A stretch of DNA of 64,000 nt. Origin: an uncultured Alphaproteobacteria bacterium. Lineage in GTDB: Bacteria; Pseudomonadota; Alphaproteobacteria; Rs-D84. The stretch spans positions 32,001 through 96,000 of the forward strand of contig CAMRSV010000002.1 in assembly GCA_947053455.1 (NCBI GenBank), given 5' to 3'. Every line of letters begins with the position of its first letter. Positions within the stretch are counted from its first letter, which is position 1. The notes below the pieces were generated by a model. It saw only the letters and a list, made by a program, of their open reading frames with translations, did no database searches and was not told where the DNA came from. This document shows, in pieces, positions 41,955-52,847 of this stretch. Position numbers and translations under genes: made by a program.

Positions 41955-42167
41955 ATGAGAGGATTAACAAACTATGTTCTGAAACCGTTGACCTTTATTG
42001 GCGCGTTGAACTGGGGGCTTATCGGAATCTTTGGTTTCGACTTGGTTGCATGGATTTTCGGTGCCGGCACCCTGGCCAGCAGCATCGTATACGCCATTAT
42101 CGGTATCGCTGCGTTGGTATGGCTGATATTGATATTTATCGACAGACCAGTACGCGACGCACGATAA
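41955..42167 (+). CDS. DUF378 family membrane protein
   Basis: IGALNWGLIGIFGFDLV; AAGGAG RBS. Confidence 0.9.
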   Translation: MRGLTNYVLKPLTFIGALNWGLIGIFGFDLVAWIFGAGTLASSIVYAIIGIAALVWLILIFIDRPVRDAR

Positions 42168-42238
42168 AAACAACATTGGATTTCATGTCATTCGCCCCAC
42201 ATCGCGGGGCGTTTTTTTTTATAGATATTTGTATGCAA

Positions 42239-42820
42239 TTATAATTCATATACAAACAATCGATGTGGGAATTTTTTGCGGCCATACCGCGTAAAGCCGC
42301 GCCCAACATCAATCGTGCGAACGGGGTGCAACCCATCAATCGGCACATCCAACGTAATCAAAACGCGGAATTTTTCACTATATTCACGCAGGCGCCAATT
42401 AACACCCGGCCCCAAATATGCAATCCCAATATCAAACCCGTCTGATGTTTTTAGATATTCAAACGCATCACACCAAACGGTTTTGACACGCCCAAAAGAA
42501 AATAAGTTAAGCACCCATAAAATCGCCGCGGTCATCGGCATACTTTCCAGCGCCCAGACCCGTTTCCCACATTTACGCGAAACACAGCGCGCCAGACCAC
42601 CATACCCCGCACCAATATCACACGCGGTCTGCATATACGCGTAATGTGAATTTATCTCGTTTACGACTGCACGACGCAGTCGCCCGGCACTGGGAACAAA
42701 CGGAATCTGGCCATGAAAAACACAGAACGAATATTCCACGGACTTTAGCACCAAATACACAACCAATACAAACAGTGAAATAACAAACAAATATAAAGAA
42801 ACTGTCATTATGCTCATCAT
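42239..42820 (-). CDS. membrane-anchored class I SAM-dependent methyltransferase
   Basis: N-terminal TM, PFVPS, DIGAGYG. Confidence 0.75.
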   Translation of the reverse strand: MMSIMTVSLYLFVISLFVLVVYLVLKSVEYSFCVFHGQIPFVPSAGRLRRAVVNEINSHYAYMQTACDIGAGYGGLARCVSRKCGKRVWALESMPMTAAILWVLNLFSFGRVKTVWCDAFEYLKTSDGFDIGIAYLGPGVNWRLREYSEKFRVLITLDVPIDGLHPVRTIDVGRGFTRYGRKKFPHRLFVYEL

Positions 42821-42861
42821 GATATTATTATAGATATATTCCCATGTAATGGCAAGAAAAC

Positions 42862-44079
42862 TTAATGGATATTCTGGGTGGCGTTATAAATATCGCGACT
42901 GACAGATACAGCTAAAAACGCGAGAAGCACCGTTAAAATTACCATTGCTAGCGACATTATCCCCAACGCATTTGCACCGCCACCTAAAAGACCGATTACC
43001 AATAAGACCATGCAACTAAATGCACGCCCCATATTAAGACAGCACTCACGACTGATAAAATATTCAACCTTGTTATCGCGATTTAACGCACTGTAATTTG
43101 AACCATTGGTCATGTTCATTTCCAGCAATTGGAAAAATATGCGCCCCGCAACGGAATAGACCAGCATATATATAACCAGTGATGGAACCGTGTGCAGGGA
43201 CAAAAACAACAATACACTGCCCAGCATGAATGCACTGGATATAGTTAGCAACATTGGAAAACCGCGTAGTGTCAAAAAACGCCCAACAAACGCACTGGAT
43301 ACTATAATAACGACCGATGCCAATGATTGAACCCAGCCCAATGCGAAATCTGTATGCATGAAATATACAATTAACATCGGCATCACAATCAATAACCTGT
43401 CAACGGACATGCCGCGCACAAATTCACAGAAAAATAATTTCTTGTTAAATGCATTTTTTCTACATTTGGCCAAGTACGATTTCATTTTTAGACCATTGTT
43501 TGATGCAGGTACACTCTTGATTGAAAAAGACAGCAAAAAACTTAACATCGAAAACGGAACAACCATCCAGACCATAACCGAATATGATGACGCCGTAATC
43601 AGCATTGCAACCAGCATCGGCAGCACGACGCGCATTGTATGCGCCACAGATTGGCGATACCCTGTATATTTAATCAATTGGTTTTTAGATAATTTTTCAC
43701 TTATAATATTATTCCATGGCAGATTCATCGCCCCATCAGACAGTCCCAGCACAGACGCCACCAGAATAACAATCGGCAAATTCAAACTGCATGTACCCAA
43801 AATTAAGCATGCACATATACGCAATAAAATACTAACCCGGAAAACCGTCATTTTGTTACCGCGTTTGGTTCTATCACCGGCCAAATAAAACCCCAGCGTT
43901 ATCATAATCGCCCAAAAGATATAAAAAACGGCAACCCCAACCATTTGGTTTTCAAAACTGCGCATTATATAGGATATAAGGAACGACGTTAGAAAAATAT
44001 CCAATATTCCATATGATATGTTTATTGCAATTAACCGCGTAACAATATTATTAAAAAATGATGCTATTTTATTTTTCAT
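42862..44079 (-). CDS. MFS transporter
   Basis: About 12 hydrophobic segments in a 6+6 arrangement. Confidence 0.8.
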   Translation of the reverse strand: MKNKIASFFNNIVTRLIAINISYGILDIFLTSFLISYIMRSFENQMVGVAVFYIFWAIMITLGFYLAGDRTKRGNKMTVFRVSILLRICACLILGTCSLNLPIVILVASVLGLSDGAMNLPWNNIISEKLSKNQLIKYTGYRQSVAHTMRVVLPMLVAMLITASSYSVMVWMVVPFSMLSFLLSFSIKSVPASNNGLKMKSYLAKCRKNAFNKKLFFCEFVRGMSVDRLLIVMPMLIVYFMHTDFALGWVQSLASVVIIVSSAFVGRFLTLRGFPMLLTISSAFMLGSVLLFLSLHTVPSLVIYMLVYSVAGRIFFQLLEMNMTNGSNYSALNRDNKVEYFISRECCLNMGRAFSCMVLLVIGLLGGGANALGIMSLAMVILTVLLAFLAVSVSRDIYNATQNIH

Positions 44080-44218
44080 GGTGTGGGATTTTATTGATTT
44101 TAACCCAACAAGTCAAACAAAAAACGGTGCGTTTTGTTATCAAAACGCACCGCTATAAAAGTAGCTATCAAGCCACCCTTGAACCGCACAAAAAGCGATT
44201 CATGCCTGTAAAAAGTTT

Positions 44219-45031
44219 TTATTCTTCGTCCAGGCCTTTTAACAGAACGTCTTTCAATTCGTTCGGCATCATGCCCGTGGTTGAATAACCACAATCAACG
44301 TGGTGAACTTCACCGGTTACCGCGCTGGACAAATCGCTAAACAGATACACGGCCGCACCCGACACATCGTCCAGTGTCATATTGCGACGCAGCGGTGTCT
44401 GTTCCGCGTTAAGCCGCAACATCGCCTTGAATCCGCCAACCCCGCTAGATGCCAGCGTCATAATCGGCCCCGCGCTGATTGCGTTTACGCGAATTTTATC
44501 GCGTCCCAGATCAGACGCCAGATAACGAACACTGCTGTCCAGAGCAGATTTTGCAACACCCATGACGTTGTAATTCGGAACGGATTTTTCACCGCCAAAA
44601 TATGTCAGGGCAACCACGCTGCCGCCATCATTCATTAATTTGGACGCACGCCGCGTCAAATCAACCAACGAATATACTGAAATATCCATTGTATTTTTGA
44701 AATTGTCGCGCGTTGTGTCTGCATAACGGCCGGTCAATTCATTTTTATCCGAAAACGCAATCGCGTGCAGCATTCCGTCCAGATGTCCCCATTCTTTTTC
44801 AATAGAATTGAACAGGGCATCCATCTGCTCATCATTTTGCACATTGCATTCGGTAACGAATTTCGCATTAATGGATTCCGCCAACGGACGCACGCGTTTT
44901 TCCAAATTTGGCATCGCATACGGCATTGCAATTTCTGCACCCTCTTCATGTGCGCGTTTGGCAATCGCCCACGCCATTGACCAATCATTGGCAACACCAG
45001 TGATTAAAATCTTTTTTCCTTTTAATAACAT
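44219..45031 (-). CDS. fabI: enoyl-ACP reductase
   Basis: GVAN..SMAW, YNVMGVAK, VNAISAGPI. Confidence 0.96.
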   Translation of the reverse strand: MLLKGKKILITGVANDWSMAWAIAKRAHEEGAEIAMPYAMPNLEKRVRPLAESINAKFVTECNVQNDEQMDALFNSIEKEWGHLDGMLHAIAFSDKNELTGRYADTTRDNFKNTMDISVYSLVDLTRRASKLMNDGGSVVALTYFGGEKSVPNYNVMGVAKSALDSSVRYLASDLGRDKIRVNAISAGPIMTLASSGVGGFKAMLRLNAEQTPLRRNMTLDDVSGAAVYLFSDLSSAVTGEVHHVDCGYSTTGMMPNELKDVLLKGLDEE

Positions 45032-45128
45032 GCTTCTTCCTTTTATTGCTATCTATTGGACACAAATAACCATAACACCAAAATGCAAGGTTATCAATAA
45101 ATAACTTGAAAAAATATTTTATATCAGG

Positions 45129-46148
45129 TTACTTGCGCAATTTTTCCAGATACCATTCAACGGTCTTTACAATGCCCGTATCAAAGGTTTCCTGTGCCTT
45201 CCACCCAAGCAAGGTTTCCAGCTTTGTTGCGTCAATCGCATAGCGAAAATCGTGCCCTGCTCTATCGGCAACAAACGTTATTTGTTCTTCGTATTTATGA
45301 CCGTCGGCACGCGGCGCCTTTTCGTCCAATATGCCGCATATCGTTTTTACAATTGTTATATTGTTGCGTTCATTGCGACCGCCAATATTGTACGTTTCAC
45401 CAGACTTGCCCGTGTGGAAAATCAAATCAATCGCCCGGCAATGATCCAATACATACAACCAGTCACGGACATTCTCGCCCTTGCCATAAATCGGCAATGG
45501 TTTGCCCGCTAACGCATTGCTAATAATCAACGGAATTAGTTTTTCATGATGCTGCTTTGGTCCATAATTGTTGGAACAATTAGATGTTGTGACATTCATT
45601 CCGTACGTGTGATGGTATGCCCGAACCAAGAAATCCGAGCTTGCCTTTGATGCGGAATAAGGACTGTTCGGCGCATACGGCGTCGTTTCGACAAAAAATC
45701 CGTCCGCCCCTAGGGCACCATACACCTCGTCTGTTGAAATATGATGAAAACGGCAATCCTCATACCCCGGCTTTACCTTGCCAGGTGCATCCATCCAATG
45801 ACTGCGTGCCGCATCCAACAAATTAAACGTGCCAATAATATTTGTGTTGATAAATGCACGCGGTCCCTTGATTGAATTGTCAACATGGCTTTCGGCGGCG
45901 AAATGAATCACACCGCGAATATCGTTTTCAGAAAACAGCTTTTCAACCAATTGCGCATCGCATATGTCACCATTTACAAACTTGTAATTGGACATTGATT
46001 CGCATTCGCGCAAATTATCCAGATTACCTGCATATGTCAGCTTGTCCAGATTAATTACATTATATTCCGGGTGCGCCTCACAAAAATATGGAACAAAATT
46101 TGACCCAATAAATCCGGCGCCACCTGTAACCAATATTGTTTTTTGCAT
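45129..46148 (-). CDS. rfbB: dTDP-glucose 4,6-dehydratase
   Basis: TGGAGFIG, AAESHVD, ISTDEVYG, YSASK. Confidence 0.96.
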   Translation of the reverse strand: MQKTILVTGGAGFIGSNFVPYFCEAHPEYNVINLDKLTYAGNLDNLRECESMSNYKFVNGDICDAQLVEKLFSENDIRGVIHFAAESHVDNSIKGPRAFINTNIIGTFNLLDAARSHWMDAPGKVKPGYEDCRFHHISTDEVYGALGADGFFVETTPYAPNSPYSASKASSDFLVRAYHHTYGMNVTTSNCSNNYGPKQHHEKLIPLIISNALAGKPLPIYGKGENVRDWLYVLDHCRAIDLIFHTGKSGETYNIGGRNERNNITIVKTICGILDEKAPRADGHKYEEQITFVADRAGHDFRYAIDATKLETLLGWKAQETFDTGIVKTVEWYLEKLRK

Positions 46149-46170
46149 ATTAAACTCTCCTTGTGATAAT

Positions 46171-47058
46171 CTATATCAACTCATGCTTTTCATCATAAAT
46201 TTTCTGCAAATAATCCCGATATGTACCCGGATTCAGACTCTGTATCAGTTCCATTAACTGTTCATCTGTTATAAAGCCGCAATCAGATGCAACTTCTTCA
46301 ATACAACCAATTTTTAATCCCTGGCGCTGTTCTATAATTTGAACAAACCGCCCCGAATCCATCAGTGCATCGGGCGTACCCGCATCCAGCCACGCGTTAC
46401 CGCGGCGCATTGGAACGACCGACAAACGCCCTTCTTCCAGGTACATTTTATTTAAATCAGTAATTTCCAATTCCCCGCGCGCCGAAGGTTTTAATTTGCG
46501 CGCCTTTTCAACAACATCACCGGGGTAAAAATAGAGTCCAACCAACGCATAATTTGATTTCGGCTGTTTTGGTTTTTCCTCGATTGAAATGACATTAAGG
46601 TCTTCGTCAAACTCAACAACCCCAAAACGTTCCGGATCGCTAACATGATACGCAAATATTGTTGCGCGCTGCGATTGGCTTTTTGCGACTTCTGCCTTGA
46701 ATTTTTCCATTTGACCGCCCATATGGAATATATTGTCGCCCAAAATCAGACATACAGAATCATCACCAATAAAATCTGCCCCAATTGTAAATGCCTGTGC
46801 GATACCTTTGGGTTCCGGCTGAATCGCATATTGAATGTTTAACCCCAGCTGATGCCCGTCACCAAATAATTTTTCAATATTTGGGGTATCCTGCGGTGTT
46901 GAAATAATTAAAATGTCCTTGATACCAAATGACATAACTGTAGATAATGGGTAATAAATCATTGGCTTGTCATAAACAGGTAATAATTGCTTGGATGTTG
47001 TTTTAGTCAATGGATAAAGTCTGCTACCACTGCCCCCTGCAAGAATAATTCCCTTCAT
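46171..47058 (-). CDS. rfbA: glucose-1-phosphate thymidylyltransferase
   Basis: GIILAGGSGSRLYP, KQLLPVYDKPMIYYP, RGELEITD. Confidence 0.97.
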   Translation of the reverse strand: MKGIILAGGSGSRLYPLTKTTSKQLLPVYDKPMIYYPLSTVMSFGIKDILIISTPQDTPNIEKLFGDGHQLGLNIQYAIQPEPKGIAQAFTIGADFIGDDSVCLILGDNIFHMGGQMEKFKAEVAKSQSQRATIFAYHVSDPERFGVVEFDEDLNVISIEEKPKQPKSNYALVGLYFYPGDVVEKARKLKPSARGELEITDLNKMYLEEGRLSVVPMRRGNAWLDAGTPDALMDSGRFVQIIEQRQGLKIGCIEEVASDCGFITDEQLMELIQSLNPGTYRDYLQKIYDEKHELI

Positions 47059-47248
47059 GATAATGTAACTCCATGTTTTTATTGAGCCGTTTGTGTATTT
47101 GACAAAAGTGAAGATAGCAATCCGAACATCCCAAAGTCAAGATTATTTATTGTATTTCCGGCAAAAAATCAGGATGCAAAATTATTTTTGCGGTTTGAAA
47201 AAAAAGACTTGAAATGGGATTAAAAAGATTATAATATACATGAGCAAT

Positions 47249-47324
47249 TCGGGCATAGTTCAGTCGGTAGAACAACGGACTGTTAATCCGTATGTCGCTG
47301 GTTCGAGTCCAGCTGCCCGAGCCA
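47249..47324 (+). tRNA. tRNA-Asn(GTT)
   Basis: TCGGGCA...TGCCCGA-G-CCA cloverleaf; anticodon loop CT-GTT-AA. Confidence 0.97.
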
Positions 47325-47407
47325 AGTTCTATAAACCGTCCCACCAGGGCGGTTTTTTGTTGTTTTACATACCAATTACGATTACAATTCTTATAAAGGC
47401 TTAAAAA

Positions 47408-47827
47408 ATGAAAAAACTATTTTTAGCGTTAAAAGCTATTGCTAATGACAATGTCTATAGAAGAGAAACTAAAAGAGTTTTAGATAAATATATTTTAGAA
47501 TGTCTTTCTTATACGAAAGAAATGAAAGAATGTGATATATATGAGTTAGAAAAAATAGTGTTAGAATATATTTATAGCCCCAAATTCATGCAAGAATGTA
47601 AAGAAGGTATCAAAAGGCACGGTTCTCTTGAAATCTTTTTTTATGATTATGTATTACATCTTCTATCACAGACTGATGACAAAAACCCCAATCACAAAAC
47701 TTTTCATAGGTGTGACGCGATTGCGTTTGCAGCAATACATCGTGAGTTTAATAGAACGCCACATAGCCAAAGCCGGGAATTTTATACCGCAAGGAAAAAA
47801 TTTTATACTATATATACTGACGATTAA
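47408..47827 (+). CDS. AT-rich hypothetical protein in tRNA-Asn islet
   Basis: 139-aa ORF, visibly lower GC than flanking core genes. Confidence 0.6.
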   Translation: MKKLFLALKAIANDNVYRRETKRVLDKYILECLSYTKEMKECDIYELEKIVLEYIYSPKFMQECKEGIKRHGSLEIFFYDYVLHLLSQTDDKNPNHKTFHRCDAIAFAAIHREFNRTPHSQSREFYTARKKFYTIYTDD

Positions 47828-47897
47828 GAAACATTTAATTTATCTGATAACTTAATAAAATCATCATGATTTTCCACGCTATAACCGCAAGCCGGCT

Positions 47898-47941
47898 CGA
47901 GCCAAGTTTTATATGCCGCCCCATCGGGGCTGTTTTTTGTT
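47898..47941 (+). repeat. degenerate duplicate of tRNA-Asn 3' end plus terminator
   Basis: 37/44 match to 47318-47361. Confidence 0.75.
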
Positions 47942-48086
47942 ATGACAGCGCTGGCCCGCGTGCGCTTCGATAAACATTAAAATATCAATCATATTCAGCC
48001 AGCCCAATAAAAATATTTATTATCGAAATTCTATGCGTATGAAAAAGAGCGACCTTTCCAACTTCATAAACTACATGGCTTGTTAT

Positions 48087-48908
48087 CTATCTAAATCTAT
48101 CGCGTATATCTTGTTCCATTTCATAGAACAGTCGATGTTTGGTTATCCATTTAGATATATTAACCCTCTTCATATTCAGGATAGACTTATATATCTTTAA
48201 TAATTCGGTTTTTGAAAAATCTTTTAATAGAAAGTCGTTTTTATATGTAAACATATATTTACAATATGCATGAAATAATGGGATATTAAAATCCGGATTC
48301 ATTAAAATTCTTTTTACATCTTTTACGTACTGTTTCGTAGCAATACCATCGGGGTCTTTTTTAGCTTGTTCCAGATATAATCCCATCTGCCTAACAGGCA
48401 CATATAAGGAATACTGCAACTTATACCCCCACCAATTCAAAGCTTTTCTTGCTTTTTTAAATTGTTTTTTTATATTTTTCTTTGAAACGTCGTTTTTTAT
48501 CTCCCCTACGATCTGACTAGCAAGCTCATCTATTACAGCAAGTGCGGTTAGCTCAACTACGTTTAATGGAACATAATTGGTAGTATGCAGATATTTTATT
48601 ACGCGATGGTCATACCAGTGGTGTTCTTCATGTTGCAATATAGCATCAACATCTATATCAGCGTAAAATAGTTTTCTGCTTGCCTTTTTAAACTTTCCGG
48701 CCAAAGTCGACGTATCTACATCTACATTCATCATATGAATGGTATTAGTTTTAGGATTATAATGCGGATTTTTCCCAAATGGTATATCATATTGTAATTT
48801 GTATTTAGGTATTTCTGCAAGTCCAATCACCGGTAATTCAGACAGGCTCGAATACTGTTCTTCAAACTGTTTGCTAAAATGTTTTACATAACTTTTCATT
48901 TTACTCAA
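48087..48908 (-). CDS. AT-rich hypothetical protein with HExxH motif (possible zinc metallopeptidase)
   Basis: ILQHEEHHW and downstream DE; start uncertain. Confidence 0.6.
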   Translation of the reverse strand: MSKMKSYVKHFSKQFEEQYSSLSELPVIGLAEIPKYKLQYDIPFGKNPHYNPKTNTIHMMNVDVDTSTLAGKFKKASRKLFYADIDVDAILQHEEHHWYDHRVIKYLHTTNYVPLNVVELTALAVIDELASQIVGEIKNDVSKKNIKKQFKKARKALNWWGYKLQYSLYVPVRQMGLYLEQAKKDPDGIATKQYVKDVKRILMNPDFNIPLFHAYCKYMFTYKNDFLLKDFSKTELLKIYKSILNMKRVNISKWITKHRLFYEMEQDIRDRFR

Positions 48909-49183
48909 AATATAATATCATAATTATTGAAAAAATAAAATTTATTTTATTGCAGTTGGTAGTTTGGGAAAATACTTTGGAAACTCTGCCCGTAAAAGCG
49001 CTAAAATCCAACAACTTTTACCTATAAAAATTAACAAACGGTCATACATTACAAACATAAAGCCGTATAATAGTTACATTAGCCTTAAGCAAAAGACGGC
49101 TTGATTAACCACCAATGGAAAATAATACTTATTCATTTACCTTTATTTAGGATTGGCAATAGAAATATACACAAATTACGGCG

Positions 49184-51163
49184 CTAAAAAAGCTCTTCAA
49201 TACCAATAGATTTCAAATATTCAAACAGCTCATCATAAAATTTACACCGTCTAGTACTGTCAGAATCATCACCCTGCGGAACAAATATAACGAAACCTTC
49301 GCGTGCACGGGTCAGTAGCACACGATATGCGTTTTTCAGATATCTACGCTTATCTTCTTTATTTATGTATAACCATCGTGAGCCGCTGGGTTTATAGCAC
49401 TGAAATTGACCATTTTCATATCGATAATCAGCGTCCCACGCAATAACAGCATAATCTATTTCGAGGCCCTGAATATCAAATTCACTGGCAACTTCTTCCA
49501 TAAAATACGAAGATTTTATGTCTTTGCGGTCACCCAGAAACCATTTTTCCGGCTTGCATTTGCTTTCAACCCATATGCCATCTGCACGTAATCTACGCCC
49601 ATTTGAACTAGCAATTAGGCCGTGACGCAGATTCTTACCTTCAGTCTGATTACGCACCCATTGTTTGGCCGTGTTTAAGTTGCGAGTTATATATATAGGA
49701 TAAATTCCGGACAACTTATTATATTTGTCTGCGGCTGTGGCAGTATCACCATCCAGCACAGCATCTACAAATCCTGCGACATCTTGTGTTCTGTGTGCAC
49801 GTACTGATACAGACAGATGTAATTCCTTTACTGTTTCGCATTTTAGGCCATCGGTCAAATCCTGAAACGATTGGTTGCCCAGATATTCGCTGACGTTTAT
49901 CTCATCTGATACATAAACGTGCCAATCAGGAAATGAACGCTTCAACGACGCAAACCATTCTTGAATTCCAGCCTCGCCAGTGTTTATATCTTGTCCGCCG
50001 CCCACCAAACATACAATTACGGCCCAATCTTGGTGGCGATTCATGTAGTCAATCAGCAGTTCCGGTTCACTCATAGACAGAAAATAAGTACGCTGTCCAT
50101 CGGTTAACCTATTAAGAACCGGGCCCTTCTTTTTCTGCATAAAATCCGATAGCATAGACTGATTCCAAGCACGTTGCGCCTCATCGAATATAACAACGTT
50201 CTCGACCGGTGGATTTTGCATGTTATTTAAAGATGCATCTCGAAATCCGTGAATAATCTGGATAAAGGACTTTGTGCTCTCGCGAGCCTTGGCCAATGGT
50301 GTTCCATGCTGCTGGTGGTCATCTTTTGCCAACGCCTCACGCAAAACAGAAACAAGGGGCTGATTTCCTGTTAACAAACAGGCGCCACTTTGACCTGTCG
50401 CTTTCTGATTTTCTATTGCAATATTTAAACCAGCCAGCGTTTTACCAGCGCCAGGCACACCGGTTATAAAACAAATTGATTTTTGCTGGTCCTGTTTAGA
50501 TTTCTCGATGATTTTCTGGACTGCATCTGATGTCTTGGTCAGGTTCTCTGCCGCTGTATTTTGCGCGATATTATCAACACAATGGTTGATGTACAAACTT
50601 CTGGCGGCCTCAATAATTGTTGGTGTCGGAGCATATCGGGAACCTGCCCATGCATCGACATCAAGCGATTTGCAAGACGTGTCTGTGTTACGAATGATTA
50701 TAGCACCCAAATCATCACCATTTGTTAAAATCACGTCTTCTGGTTCGTTCTGTTTGCGATAGTCGCAAGGAACATTGGTCGCTATCAGAACGGGTACGAT
50801 TTTGCGTTGACGACTTTCCTCGTGATAGTTTTCCAGGTCAAAAGCATATGTGCGCACCTGGCGAATTGCATCACTGGGATATGAAGTGGCCCCGATTTTG
50901 AATTCCAACACAAAAACAGTGTTGTTTATCAGCAAGATATTGTCTATGCGGCCACCCACACGTGGCAGCGTATATTCGAACAAAATACTGCCGCACGGGG
51001 CGTGTGCCAAGGCGCGCCTTAACAAACGAATTTGTTCTATCCAGGCGTCTTTTTGTGTCGCCACGGTATCATATCTATCACCATAAGCAATTGTGCCAAA
51101 TATTTCATCTTCGGTTTGCTTTAAAAAGTTCTGGATACTGTTTTTGTAGAAAGCGTCGCTCAT
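49184..51163 (-). CDS. DUF2075 (Schlafen-group-3-like) nuclease-helicase
   Basis: N-terminal RID...VLEFK nuclease-like motif, TGVPGAGKT, FDEAQRAW, IQGLEID, NAYRVLLTRAR. Confidence 0.85.
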   Translation of the reverse strand: MSDAFYKNSIQNFLKQTEDEIFGTIAYGDRYDTVATQKDAWIEQIRLLRRALAHAPCGSILFEYTLPRVGGRIDNILLINNTVFVLEFKIGATSYPSDAIRQVRTYAFDLENYHEESRQRKIVPVLIATNVPCDYRKQNEPEDVILTNGDDLGAIIIRNTDTSCKSLDVDAWAGSRYAPTPTIIEAARSLYINHCVDNIAQNTAAENLTKTSDAVQKIIEKSKQDQQKSICFITGVPGAGKTLAGLNIAIENQKATGQSGACLLTGNQPLVSVLREALAKDDHQQHGTPLAKARESTKSFIQIIHGFRDASLNNMQNPPVENVVIFDEAQRAWNQSMLSDFMQKKKGPVLNRLTDGQRTYFLSMSEPELLIDYMNRHQDWAVIVCLVGGGQDINTGEAGIQEWFASLKRSFPDWHVYVSDEINVSEYLGNQSFQDLTDGLKCETVKELHLSVSVRAHRTQDVAGFVDAVLDGDTATAADKYNKLSGIYPIYITRNLNTAKQWVRNQTEGKNLRHGLIASSNGRRLRADGIWVESKCKPEKWFLGDRKDIKSSYFMEEVASEFDIQGLEIDYAVIAWDADYRYENGQFQCYKPSGSRWLYINKEDKRRYLKNAYRVLLTRAREGFVIFVPQGDDSDSTRRCKFYDELFEYLKSIGIEELF

Positions 51164-51164
51164 T

Positions 51165-51551
51165 TTACTTTTCCATGGTTACCAGTTTTTCTGCGACGAT
51201 TTTATCCGCAGGTAATTGTGGATGCGACAATAATTCTGACAAAGACACCCAATGCATTTGGTCATGAACCCGCAGTTGTATATCGCCGGCATAGCCTGCA
51301 ATCTCATAAGCGTAAAGTTCAACAATCTTGCCAGATTCTGTTGTGTGTTTTGCAACTATGACTAATTCGCCAATTTTCGCATCAATGCCCAGTTCTTCAA
51401 ACAGCTCGCGCTGCAAACAGGTTGGACCTTCTTCGCCATCTTCAAATTTTCCGCCTGGATATTCCCATTCACCAGCCAACGGCTGATTTGGCCCGCGCCG
51501 CATCAGCAGAACTTTATCCCCATGCCTAAAAATCGCAGCAGTTACTTTCAT
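51165..51551 (-). CDS. NUDIX (MutT-like) hydrolase
   Basis: WEYPGGKFE..E....LQRELFEELG Nudix box. Confidence 0.9.
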   Translation of the reverse strand: MKVTAAIFRHGDKVLLMRRGPNQPLAGEWEYPGGKFEDGEEGPTCLQRELFEELGIDAKIGELVIVAKHTTESGKIVELYAYEIAGYAGDIQLRVHDQMHWVSLSELLSHPQLPADKIVAEKLVTMEK

Positions 51552-51870
51552 TTGTTTAATTTATATCGGCGGCCTTTATTTTGATCAGTAGCGATTAGCA
51601 TGCCTTTTCCTGTTTAGACAGATCGGATGCGATTTTACATTCATCAACAAAATCAGATTTAGTTTTGATTATACAAAGACTTTCCCGAAATGTATATGAT
51701 TTTGTTTACGATTGCGCCATAAAGTTCTTTATATTTTACGCAACATAAACACTGTAAACACATTGAATATTCTGCCTTTTTGGTTATACTAATATCAATA
51801 AAAATGGTTGTCAATATATGTTTTTAAAATTAATATAAACATATGTGAAATGAAAAATAAAGGTTACAAA

Positions 51871-52110
51871 ATGAAACACACAAACGGCGCGGGTACCTTT
51901 ACTACAAATCAAATGAGTATTGATGAAACAATACAGGAAGCAATGGATGTCGTTGATATTGCAATTGCGGTACTAAATAATGACGCAAATATACCACAGG
52001 CATTAACAAATCTAAACGCAGCACAAACATATTTGGAACATATCAGAAAAAAGTCGAAAATCGCCCTTGCCCATGTCCCAGCAGAAATTCAAACACAAGA
52101 ATACCTATAA
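51871..52110 (+). CDS. hypothetical protein
   Basis: 79-aa ORF after an AAGG RBS. Confidence 0.5.
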   Translation: MKHTNGAGTFTTNQMSIDETIQEAMDVVDIAIAVLNNDANIPQALTNLNAAQTYLEHIRKKSKIALAHVPAEIQTQEYL

Positions 52111-52707
52111 CCCAAACTTGTACACCGCACCAAGGTATACTTGCGTTGCATCAACGTCTGTTGAACCATTCTCATGGTCAACCTGGCCAAAATAAATGTA
52201 CTTAAATCCCAAATCCAAATCAATACGCGTATTTAGGCGGAACAATACACCGACCATAACCTGACCGGACAGGTCAAACGCATTATCCAAGTGACTGGCC
52301 ACTTCGCCCCATATTCCGGTAAGCCCAACACCACCACCCAAATATGGTGCAAACGCATTATCAAATTCATACAACGCATAAACGTTTAACATGTTTGCCC
52401 ATATGTCATATTCAAAATTAGTGTCATTTTTACTATACTGGGTGCCCATGTACAATGTTTCGTATTCCACGCGCAAATAATCCGTCAGATTATTCCCCAT
52501 TGTCGTACCAAACCCCAGTCCGTTATCCAAATACTTCTGGCGCCACCCATCCGAATGCTTGTACGAATATGAACTGTGCTGATTCACATACAGGCGCACA
52601 CCAGCATAACTGTCGCGCGACACGTTTTGGCGTTCACATACCGGGCATTCATGCGCACCTGCCGCACATGTCATCAAAGATAACGAAACAATAAAAAACT
52701 TTTTCAT
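52105..52707 (-). CDS. outer membrane beta-barrel protein (OmpA/opacity-like)
   Basis: Signal peptide, LRVEYE, PYLGGGVG, LDLGFKY, YKF end. Confidence 0.85.
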   Translation of the reverse strand: MKKFFIVSLSLMTCAAGAHECPVCERQNVSRDSYAGVRLYVNQHSSYSYKHSDGWRQKYLDNGLGFGTTMGNNLTDYLRVEYETLYMGTQYSKNDTNFEYDIWANMLNVYALYEFDNAFAPYLGGGVGLTGIWGEVASHLDNAFDLSGQVMVGVLFRLNTRIDLDLGFKYIYFGQVDHENGSTDVDATQVYLGAVYKFGL

Positions 52708-52847
52708 CCCGTTCCCCTTGGGGTATTACTAATAAATGATTACAGAAAACCCCACAAACACAATATGATTATTATCCTTACCATGGCTTGCCGGCATAAA
52801 ATAAATTACTTTATTTCCTGTATTTTTATTTGTACAATGCCAGAGTC

